A DNA stretch of 64,000 nucleotides, taken from positions 93,248,001-93,312,000 of the forward strand of contig NC_043005.1 in the NCBI RefSeq assembly GCF_006345805.1, given 5' to 3'. Of the stretch, positions 30,655 through 41,802 are shown one piece after another. Origin of the DNA: Octopus sinensis (lineage: Eukaryota). Under the pieces are notes generated by a model, which saw only the letters and a program-made list of their open reading frames with translations, did not search any database and was not told where the DNA came from. Position 1 is the first letter of the stretch. Each line of letters opens with the position of its first letter. The position numbers and the translations under genes were made by a program.

Positions 30655-31848
30655 TATATACAGTAAATTGTCATGTAAAATTTTAATCTAAAAATAGATT
30701 TTTTAATTTAAAATTGAATGAAAAATGAAAAAAAAAAGAATATCTGATTCCACATAATTTTTTTTTCTCTCTTTTTCAAATCTTTGGAGGAGGGTTTATT
30801 ACTAATTAAACTCTAAGAATATTTTAAATATCTTTAATCTTCAATTAATCTCTGAGAAAATTTGATCCATTGCAGTGCACAATGACTGCAAGGTTGACAT
30901 TGTACCAGTGCTCAGTTAAGCGCTGATCAACAACTATCATTGAGTCATTTTTGCCCAGTAACTAAGCTGCAAATGGACTTCATTCTAAGTCTTCTCTATG
31001 TCATTGAACATGGCCTTGATGACTGACAAATTATATTTCATTTATCTGTTATCTATGAAAGAAAAACAAAATTTATCCTTTTTGTGAATTCACATCCTGT
31101 TTTTTTCCTTTCTTATTACTGATCTGCTGTCTATAATTATCATTATTTTTATTATTATTATCTCTTTTTTCCCTCCTTCTCCTGCTCTCATGGAAGCAAA
31201 AAAAAAAACAAGAAAAAAATCTGATAAGCAAAATTGAAAAAAAAAGCCAAAAAGCAAAAAAAATCTTCTGTGTAATATTTTGGTGGCTGTTACTGTACAA
31301 GTTCTTTGTTGCTGTGAAAAACTTCATCAAGTGTGCAGAATAAGCTTACCAAGATTTCTCTCTCTCCCTTCTTCAATAGACCCAAATCCTGACAATTTTC
31401 CTTTTAAACCAGTCACTGTTACATGATGACTTAGGCAACATCACCTCACAACTGACCAAAACTATATTTTACCAACATACATCAGCAACACACACACACA
31501 CACACCCTTTTTCTATTATATAACATTAAAACAGGACATGAGGTGCAAGTTATGACATACATTTAATGGTGTCCTTGTCAACAGGAAGTAGAGAAGCCAT
31601 GTGCCATGTTTAAACATCTCACTTGGCAGAGACTGGTAGCACTGACAGAAATAAGGGAGCCATTATTGTACATTTGACACCAAAATAATAATAATAATAA
31701 AATGACTAACAAGCAAATTTCCCATCAATATAACCAACCACAGAATATGTTTCATTCTTGACATTCAACGTCTTCACTGCCCAGAGCTTTCCATCGGCAG
31801 AAATTTACTATTTAAGATAAAAAGAAAAAAGACAACTAAAAAGTTATT

Positions 31849-31891
<43 letters not shown>

Positions 31892-31900
31892 ATGTATAAT

Positions 31901-31984
<84 letters not shown>

Positions 31985-33929
31985 GAAACCTGTGCAAAAG
32001 TCAAGAACTACCAACTTGAAATATCAAAATCCTACTCAACATTTGCTACTTAAGAGATAAAAATACATTGCCTTATATGGAATATTTTTGAAATGGTATA
32101 TAGAGTTTTAAAAAAATTCAAAAAAAAAAACCAAAGAAATATTGATCTATTTTCATTTATTATGCAGCTTAACTTGTTTATTCTTTGGGGCAGCAGTTTC
32201 TATGGCACTCCGATGGATGTTTATTGCTCAAAATGAGCAACAGTCTGTGATGTATGAATCATTTTAGATGTCCTGATTTTCTTCTCCAGTTTACAGATAT
32301 TCTGACCAGAGTCTCATGTCACTACTTAAACCATGGTCAGTCACACACCAGGACAAATAATAATTCCCAAATAATGAAAATAACTTAAATTCCCCATAGG
32401 TATTTCAAAATGACTGTGTTGGAAGCAGAAATTATTTAGTCATAAAAAGTACAACTGATGTATCACTATTCGGAACACACTATCGGTTGGAGAGAATGTG
32501 ACTCCATTCTAAATGCCCTCCCCCCCCCCACAGTCTCATTCTCTTTGCTTTGTCCTTCTACATCTCTTACATTCTTTCTCACCATTTCCTTGTGTCTTTC
32601 TTTCTTTCCCCTTTCTTCCTATCCTATTGGCTCTCTCTATTGCTTCATTATAACCCCCTCTCCCTTCTCTCTCTCTCTCTCTCTCTCTTTCTCTTAATGG
32701 GCTCTTCTTTCAGTATTGCTAACAAGCACCAGGTATTGAGTACCAAGTACTTTAATATCACAGGTAGCTGCAACAAAAATCTAGAGTAGTTCAGCTAGTG
32801 GCTTTCAATTCTTTTTTCTCTTCCTCCTTCTTCTTCTTACCATAGCGGCTTCAGTGTGGACTCTGTTGGTCAGCAAGCTTCTACGCCTTGCCTGCTGTTC
32901 ACCTTTCAAACATTCATTGTGCTACTCTTTTCCATCAATCAACCTTTATATCCAGACATGCCCACACTTTCACTCTTAACGTAATTTCATTTTGAGGCCA
33001 ACTACCTCTTTCATCCTAGATTTTAAATCTCTCAGACAATCAACTGTTCTAGGGTGCCCATCAAATTGTGACTTAGTTTAGTTTCAATATTCACCCTCAT
33101 TTTGTCATCATCATCATCCTATCATTATTATCATCATCATCATCATAATAATAATAATCTACATAATCATTATACAAATGGAACCAAGCAGGCTCCTCAC
33201 AAGAGGCTTTTACATTACAAACCCGGTTGTTTTCATGTACTAAATATAGCTGTGAAGTATTTCCCCATTAATCTGTTAAATGGCTGTTTTTGTGGTGGGG
33301 GTGATGAATGGTGGAGGAGATCAGTCATAGAATTCGTAACTACTAGTGGTATCCTACCCTGATAATAGTGCCAATGTCAGTGTTCTAGTGTTGGTGTGAT
33401 AACAGTGTCATTGGTATGTCTTCAAGAAACCAGTTTCAGCTATGGTACTATTTACTATCAGTTCATTTGTTAATGTGCCAGTGGAAGTACATTATTTGTG
33501 ATGGATGGGATAATGAGGTCTGTTTGATCACAGATAGGGCAAACACAGGCCATCTTTGTTTGGAGAACCATCAAGAAAACAACAGGACAATTGATGTTAC
33601 CCAGTTTCCTAGAATGGAAAATGTTTCGGTTTATATTTCTCTCTGATTGTTGAAATTTGAAGTTTTCCATTGAATTTCTTCAATGATTTCTTAACAAAGG
33701 AGAGGGAGAAAAAAAACAAAACAAAAAGCTTCATCCCAGAGATGTTGAAAGAAAATCTGACTCAAAGAAATGTCATTCCTCCAATGTTATTTTCTAGCTT
33801 CATATCAACAATTGTCATTTGTTTGTATGGTCATGATCCATGCATATTTTAGAAGCTGTTAATTTCCACTTATAAGTAATTTAACAAGTTAAGTTTGAGA
33901 ATCTGATTTTCATTATGATTAATTAACTA

Positions 33930-33966
<37 letters not shown>

Positions 33967-35066
33967 TAATTTCAAGAGTCTCTTTTAAGTTTATTAAAAT
34001 GAAATCTTGTCAGATTAGCAATTTAGTTTCTGGAATATTTGATTGTATTATTTTTCATTTTCTTCGAGCTCAGTGAATTGAGAGAATTGTTAGAGCAACA
34101 GGAAAATGCCTTAGGTATTTAGTTACAGTTCTTTACATTCTGAGTTCAAATCCCACAAAGGTCAGCTTTGCTTTCCATCCTTTCAATGCTGAAATATTGA
34201 CCTTCAAAATTACTGGTATCATGCCTAAATTAGATAAACAGTTTGCTTTTTGTACATACACACACTTGTACAACATGTGTCTGTATCTGCAAAACTGTTT
34301 ATTGGTTTCTGGTCATATTTGCTTTCTTTTATTTTGATTTGCAAAGAAATAACTTCAGCACCATCATTTGTGTGCTTCTTTGCATAAAGAGTTTTGCTAA
34401 CCCTTTTCCACTGCCTGATTGCATTCCTCATTTCATTACAAGGTGCAGTTGTTGTTGACAATCTGCAGGAATGTATGGGAGAATTACCTTTTTCTCCATT
34501 CCATTTGTGCAGGTGTTCAGTTCTAATCCACCATCAACATCCTCATCACTACCAGCAGCCTGAAACAGCCACTAACAACACCATTTACCTTTTTCACAAC
34601 TACCACCACCACAATCATTATTAGAACCATTCTCTTCACCACCACCTCCACCTAACCACAGCAGCCATTGTTACCCACTTTCATTATTGACCATGATCCT
34701 TCTGGGTACCATCACCTACCATTTGTCACTCATCATCATCCTTATGTCTATCACTTGCTGCCATCCAATTCCCACTCTCCTTCTCATCTAAAGATCTCAT
34801 TGAAGGTATTACAAAAAAAAAAAAAAAAAACCTATACGCACAAAAGTCACAAGAGAGCTGTTGGTAAAAATAATTACTCAGTATAGGCACAGAACTGAAC
34901 CCAACCCGCTGTGGATTCTGCAGCTCTTTCCCTCCACTTTCTCTCTAACCCCCTCTCATCTTCCTTTCTTTTTCTCTCCCTCCTACCTCTAGAATTCTCT
35001 CTCTGTTAACCCTTTACTCTTCTTTTGTCTTTGCTGTCCCTAGATTTCTCCAACTTCTCTAATTTC

Positions 35067-35097
<31 letters not shown>

Positions 35098-37039
35098 ATT
35101 TCTCGCTTGCCTTTCTTTCTCTTCTTTCTTCCTCTTACATTCTTTTTCTCATTTTTTGCAGTGTGTGTGAGATTATATATATATGTGTGTGTGTATATGT
35201 ATATATTAACATGTGTGTGGATATATATATATATATATATTAATGTATATCAATGAGTATATATATGTATGTGTATATATAATTTAATGAATATATATAT
35301 ATATGTGTATGAGGGGTGTATAAAATGTCTTAAGCCTTAAAAAAACAAGACTTTGAGGCTCAAAACTTTTCATACACCCCTCGTATATATAGTATATATG
35401 TATAGTATGTATGTGTGTATATCTATCTATATATATATAGTGTGTGTGTGTGTGTATATATATATACATATATATATATATATAGTATGTATGTTTGTAT
35501 ACATGTATTAATGTGTGTATATATAGTAAGTGTATATTATATGTGCTGATATGTAATTGTGCACATATCACATATGTATCCATAGGTGTGTATGTGTGTG
35601 TGTATATATCATAGGGACTGAGGTGTGACTGGAAGTTCTCAATCTCCCCCCTCCCCCATCCATTCTGTTACGATTCCCAATTTCGAATTATTTCACTTTA
35701 TGTCACTTAATGCTCTGGGAAAAAACCAAAAACATCATGAACATCACAACTACCCCTCCCCTATAACTATGAGATGCCATGCTTATGTAATAAAAATATC
35801 CTATCTATCTTGTCCAAAAACAAATAAAAAGATTTTTCATTGAAATTTATAAAAAAAAATGACAAATGTTAATAGCTTTTTTAAAAAAGAAACAAATTCC
35901 CTTCTCTTTCACTCCACATGCATAAACACTCTAGCATTTACATATACATTATATATTTGGCATATATGTATATACACACACATATTATATATATATACAT
36001 ATATAATGTGTATATTGTGTGTATGTGTGTGTGTATATAGTGTTTGTGCTAGACTTAACCCAAATCACAACCTTGTCCAAGGAGTATTGGATATTTCAAC
36101 TGGAACAAGAAGGATTTAGTTTTTCTTTTTTTTTTTTCCAAATATTTTTTTCTCTCTGTTTTCTTGGAATCTAGCTTCAATAGCTTGCTGCCACTTTAAA
36201 GTTTGAGCCCCACTCCCCTCCTACAGCACTCTCCTGTTCTACACCTAATGACTCTATGGCCAAATTTATTTTTGTTTCAACATCAATTTAAATACTATTG
36301 CTACTCCTACGACTATTTTTTTTTTCAAGGGTTATTACTAACTTCTATAAAAATAAAGAGAAAAAAAAACAATTCTATTACTACTACTATTACTACAACT
36401 ACTACTACTACTACTTTTACAACACTTCTATTATCATTAATTTTTATTTTTATTAATCGTTATTTATTGATATTATTACATCAACCACTTCTACATTTAT
36501 TACTTTTATTACTACTACTACTACTATTATACTACTATTACCACTATACTACTACTACTACCTGAAGTATGTAGTAGTGATCAGTTTATCTATTGTTGCT
36601 TCATCAAAAAAGGTTTTTAAAAATATCCCCACCCCCACCCCTTGCCGCTATATCTTACTTGTAAAAGAGTCCACGGTACAGTTCCATTATGAAGACACAT
36701 AATCACCACCTTACCACCACTCCTACAACTACCACTACTACTACTACTACTGCCATTTCTCTCTCTCTCTCTGCTATTGTCTACCTTGTCTCCTTCTTTC
36801 CCAAAACTTCTCTTGTTTTACTCCCCACCCCCACTTTCTAACCTTTGCTTTTCTGCTTTCACTCCCCCCCCACTCCTTGATCTTTGCCCACCCTTCCTTG
36901 TGGCTTGTTTATTTTATTCTTTTCTTTTTCTTTCTTTTCTTAACCCTCCATGTACCCATCTTCTAATCCTTTACTGTTTGAAACTTGCAATAACCAAAGA
37001 TGGAATAGATTGCACTGCAGACAGTACAATGGCTTCTAT

Positions 37040-37860
37040 TCAGTAAGACAACGTAGACAAGATCTTTGTGTTTATCTAAGAAACAGTCGCCTTCAGGTAT
37101 TTCCATTGACTTTTTACATTTGGAGTTCAAATCCCACTGCGGTCAACTCAGTGTTTTTCATTGTTTTGGGGTTCTAAAAGCACCAATCCAGTATTGAAGC
37201 TAACAGTATTGCCTACACCCCACCATACCACCCCAATTTCAGTCTCTGTGCCTATGTTAAAAACAATTATTATAATAATAATTATAATCATTGTTCTAAA
37301 GCAGTAAGCTGAGCCAGACCATTAGCCTGTTGGACAAAAAGCTTTGCAGCATTTCTTCCAACTCTGTTCTGAGATCAAATCCTACCAAGGGCAAAATAAT
37401 GACCCCCGCTCCCCTCAACATTGCTGGCCTTGTGCCAAATTAGAAAGGATTACTAATAAAACAATTGTTAGTGACATACAAAATACCTTGTAGTATTTGT
37501 TCCCGCTCTTTATGTTTGAGTTCAAATCCCACAAAACTTAACTATTCTTTTCTTTGTACCAAGGAAGATAATAAAATACCAGTCAAATCCCAGGGTCAAT
37601 GCAATCAAGTGACCCCCACCCCCTGGCCTCCCTGCACAAATTAGGCTTTGTGCCTAAACTAGAAGCAGGGTTTAGCAGAATTATTAGAGTATCAAATAAA
37701 AGACTGGTGGATTTGTTTTTTGATCCTTTACACTCTGAGTTCAAATCCTGCTATGATCAACTTAGCTTTTGGGGGTCAATATAATCAGTTGACTCCACCT
37801 TCTCTTAAATTTGATGGTCTTGTGCCAAAATCTAAAACAGTTATTATTATTATTATTAGA
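37040..37860 (+). mobile_element. Cluster of about four head-to-tail degenerate SINE copies
   Basis: B-box-like gagttcaaatcc near 37122, 37368 (variant), 37518 and 37737; each copy ends in cttgtgcc...(att)n. Confidence 0.75.
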
Positions 37861-38609
37861 GCTGTAGATGGCAGCATTGGTGGGAGCACCACGTTAAACA
37901 TCTTGTAGCTTTAGTTAGCTCTCTTTAAAACTTTAATATTTACTTCCCATAGCAGTTGATTTTATTATTAAACCAAACTAGTGAGAAGGCAGAACTGGAA
38001 GCAATGGATTAAATGCCTTATTGTATTCAGTTAGATCCCTCTAATTCCTGCACCTGGAGATACCAACTGTTGCCTCTTGAAGTTCACGTACTGCTGAAGA
38101 TGCTTCGTTCCAGTCAAAGTAAGAGAAAGACACAGTGTTCTGTTGACTTGCTCCAAGTTTCAAATTGTTTCTGTTCTTCACTAATGAATTACATTTTTAA
38201 AAAATATTCCTCCTTTATCGACATCAGCATTTTCACTTTGCCATTTTGCTTTTCTTTTCTAAACCCTGCCACTGTTTCTTTGCTGTTTTTTGCCTTACAT
38301 TTTAGCCTTGTTTTCTCTCTTCTTCTTCCCTACCACCCAAGCCTTCACTCTTCTGCCTCATCACCTTCTCTTCTTTCCATTCCATCATCCCTTATGTTGT
38401 AAGCTGCTGAAGTAGGGTGGCTTGATGGAAGTGTTCACCCTAACCCTAACCCACTCTCCTCTTTTCATTGTACAAAAAAAATTAAATATAAAAAATATAT
38501 ATATACAAAAAATATGCCAGTCATCCATTGTGCAGTAAAGTTTTGTTGTTAACAAACTAAACATAATTTAGTTTTCTTTTCTCTTTTTTTTTTCTTTTAT
38601 TTTGTACAG

Positions 38610-38625
38610 CACCATCTTTGAAAAG
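38610..38625 (+). other. Candidate 16-nt microexon CACCATCTTTGAAAAG of an unidentified + strand transcript
   Basis: ~35-nt pyrimidine tract ending gtacag|, donor AAG|gtgaga, upstream aactaaac, downstream (TG)n. Confidence 0.5.
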
Positions 38626-38696
38626 GTGAGAAACTGCTATTACTGATCCACTATTCTATCTTGTATTGTTTTTCTCCTCTTTCTGTATGCAACTAC

Positions 38697-38755
<59 letters not shown>

Positions 38756-39033
38756 TGTGTGGTTAAATTGTAAACCTACACATTGTATCTTTTTGTACAT
38801 TGTCTTCATTTTTCATTGCAGAAACGTCTGCAACTTAAAAAAAAAAAAAAACCACACAAAAGAAAATGTGGAAGCATCAAAGGGAAATATTAAATCATTG
38901 GCCAAACTTGTGGCCACTTTTAGAAAAAAAACATTAGATATTATTTCTATTTTCAAAAAATCAGTGAATGTATTTCACTTGAAATAAGTTTTCAAAGGTG
39001 GATAGGCATCGACAGCTAAGGAAACCAAACCAC

Positions 39034-39076
39034 TCCAGACTGATGATGAGTAATGACTCTGAAACCAGTCTCTGGA
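39034..39076 (+). ncRNA. Stand-alone minimal type I hammerhead ribozyme, predicted cleavage after GUC at 39070
   Basis: TCCAGA-CTGATGA-T-GAGT(aatg)ACTC-T-GAAAC(ca)GTC-TCTGGA. All core nucleotides present; enclosed by outer stem 38988-39002/39107-39120. Confidence 0.8.
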
Positions 39077-39321
39077 TGATGGCTTTGCTGGGTGGAGGTA
39101 CTTGTCTCCACTTTGAAAACATAAGGACACAGGAAATATGACAAGTCCAACATGAAACACTGTTTCTTAGGGCTAAATAACAGTAACATTCTTCCCTTTT
39201 ATGGGACTGTCACATTGACAACTTACTATCACATTAGATACAGCGTTGAGCATTAGTTTAGTCATAAATCCTGCCTTCTCTAATTATAAACATGACTAAA
39301 GAATGATCTAGTTTCTGATTC

Positions 39322-39818
39322 ATAACTATTTTGATACCAACCCACTTAAGATCGTTGCTAGTTTTACAATACAAACTTATTGTTTTAAAGTGATTCTAAA
39401 TTCAAATGTGCCAAGAAAATTTCATGTTAATTTATGCTCTGAATGTCAGCTTAAAAATGTCTTATTTTACTAATTTCTTCATTATTTTCAAAATTAATAT
39501 CAAACAGGGACAGTGTGGTAAAGATTTTTGCCAACATAACATGGCAATCCTGGTTTAGGATGAATGTTGCTGTAATTTAAGCCCCAGGAGACATCGTCTC
39601 CAGCTGGCTATGCGACACAGATCATGTCGTATAGCCAGCTGGAGATGATGTCTCCTGGGGCTAAATTACAGCAACATTCATCCTAAACCAGGACTGCCAT
39701 GCTATGTTGGCAAATAATCTTTACTACTGTTGCTGAATATCTCTCATTATGAGATTTTAAAATAGTAATTTTCTAGGAGCAGTGTATTTCAACAGAAATA
39801 CAGTAACAAATGGGTTAA
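39322..39818. mobile_element. Degenerate TTAA-CCC...GGG-TTAA (piggyBac-type) MITE hosting a fold-back insert
   Basis: Right end cagtaacaaatgggttaa; body homologous to remnants at ~15330-15500, ~16430-16575 and ~41050-41210. Confidence 0.6.
39515..39727. repeat. Near-perfect inverted repeat, ~103-nt arms, 7-nt loop (cagatca, 39618-39624)
   Basis: Arms are reverse complements apart from about five transitions and two 1-nt bulges. Confidence 0.96.
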
Positions 39819-39982
39819 AATAACTTGTATTAGAATACATATGAAGTTGATTAGTAAAGAGGTTAGGGTCTGAGGTTGTTGCAGTTGTTTTTGATAGAGA
39901 TATAAAAGTATTTACTAAACCCTTTCATTGCCATCTTCGTCTTGAAATACACTTCCTTTTGTCGCAATTAATTTCTAAAATA

Positions 39983-41040
39983 ATCATCATTATCATCATC
40001 ATCGTTGTTTAACGTCCACTTTCCATGCTGGCTTGGGTTGGACGGTTTGACTGAAGGCTGGGGAACCAGAAGGCTGCGCCAAGCTCCAATCTGATCTGGC
40101 AAAGTTTTTACAGCTGGATGCCCTTCCTAACACCAACCATGCCAAGAATGTAGTGGCTGCTTTTACGTGCCATCAGCACAAGCGCTAGTCAGGCGATACT
40201 GACATCAACCATGATCAAATGGTGTTTTTTACGTGCCACCAGCAACGATCACACTCGGATGGTGCTTTTAACTTTCCACTGGCACAGGTGCCAATCAGGT
40301 AGTACTATCATCAGCCACGCCAGGTCTTTGCAAACGTAGTTTGTTGTCCAATGATTGAAGGGTACTCTTAAATGGGCTGGTGATATAGCACTGGCATAGG
40401 CCATGGTTACGGTCTCACTTGACTTGCCAAGTTTTCTCAAGTACAGCATATTTCCAAAGGTCTTGGTCTCTTGTCATTGCTTCGGTGAAGCCCAATGTTT
40501 GAAGGTCATGCTTCCCCACCTCATCTCAGGTCTTCCTGGGTGTACCTCTTCCACAGGTTCCCTCAACTGCTAGGGTGTGACACTTTTCACAAAGCTGTCC
40601 TCATCCAATCGCAACACATGACCATACCAGCACAGTCGTCTCTATTACACACCCAGTGGAGCATTCTGGCAATCACTGCCCATGTTTTACTGCTATGTAG
40701 CATGGCTGTTCATACACATGCATCATACAGTCTACCTTTGACTCTGAGTGAGAGGCCCTTTGTCACCAGCAGAGGTAGGAGCTCTCTGAACTTTGCCCAA
40801 GCTATTCTTATTCTAGCAGGTACACTTTCAGAGCATTCACCCCCGCTACTGACTTGGTCACCTACGTAATGGAAGCTATCAACTACTTGTAGTTTTTACC
40901 CCTGGAATGTGACGGAAGCTGTTCTCTGCACATTTTCAGTGTTTATTGCTCCTGAGCATTTGCCACACAAAAACTATCTTTCCAGTTAACCTTCCTTTAG
41001 CTTTGCTGCACCTCTTATATGTGTCCATAGCTTACACTGG
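39983..41040 (-). mobile_element. Degenerate RTE-clade LINE, same family as 3910-5345, with internal deletions
   Basis: Long stretches align to 3910-4090 and 4757-5345; extends further 5' into a Cys/His-rich segment. Confidence 0.88.
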
Positions 41041-41632
41041 GTACATGAATATAATGAATTTAATAAAATAAAATTTGTCCATATACTGCTGTTTGGACCA
41101 TAACATGAACTTTTGAGGGTAGACTTTAATTTAGAATCACTTTAAAACAGCATGTTCATATTGAACCAGGGGTGGTCTTTGGAGAGTTGGAATCAAAAAC
41201 GGTTATTAACAATGCCTATGATGAATGTTTATGTATGTTTTGTGAATTTATTGTTTAGTTTAGCAACTTTTGAAACCAATTTGACATCCTTAACAGAATC
41301 TTAGACATGGTTTCTGATATTTATGATTATCATTATTGATCTTAACATGGGAGAGGTTAAATTACATTTTTCATATCTGGCTCTGTATAACTGTCTATGA
41401 AATTCAGACTACCAACTTTTAAAAGTAACATATTCAGTGTACAACAAAAATCAAGTGAACCTTATGAAATGTCTCACAACAATTACTTTATCACCTGGGC
41501 TAAAAAAGACAAAATAGATCATCCACATGATCAAAACATAACTTTAGAAAGGTGATTCTTGACCTGGGCAAGTAGCCCCCCCCCTAGAGTTGAAGGGCAA
41601 TGTAGAGTTAAAGTGAAGGTGAAGTTAGGCGT

Positions 41633-41802
41633 TTAATCCTTTGGCAGTTAAGCCAGCCAGATCTGGTCTCTCACACCTACCTTGCAATGTCATTCAAAAA
41701 CAAGCAATCACATCAGTGAAATCTCAAAGCTACAAGATTAAATGAAAGCCATGTGAATAAAGATTTATATTTGACAGAATAATCTGAATGCTAAAGGGTT
41801 AA
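41633..41802. mobile_element. Small MITE with TTAA ends (piggyBac-type)
   Basis: ttaatcctttggca...tgctaaagggttaa imperfect terminal inverted repeats. Confidence 0.7.

Noticed and set aside
38437-38451. ccctaaccctaaccc telomere-like motif
   Set aside because: Only 2.5 units; expected by chance.
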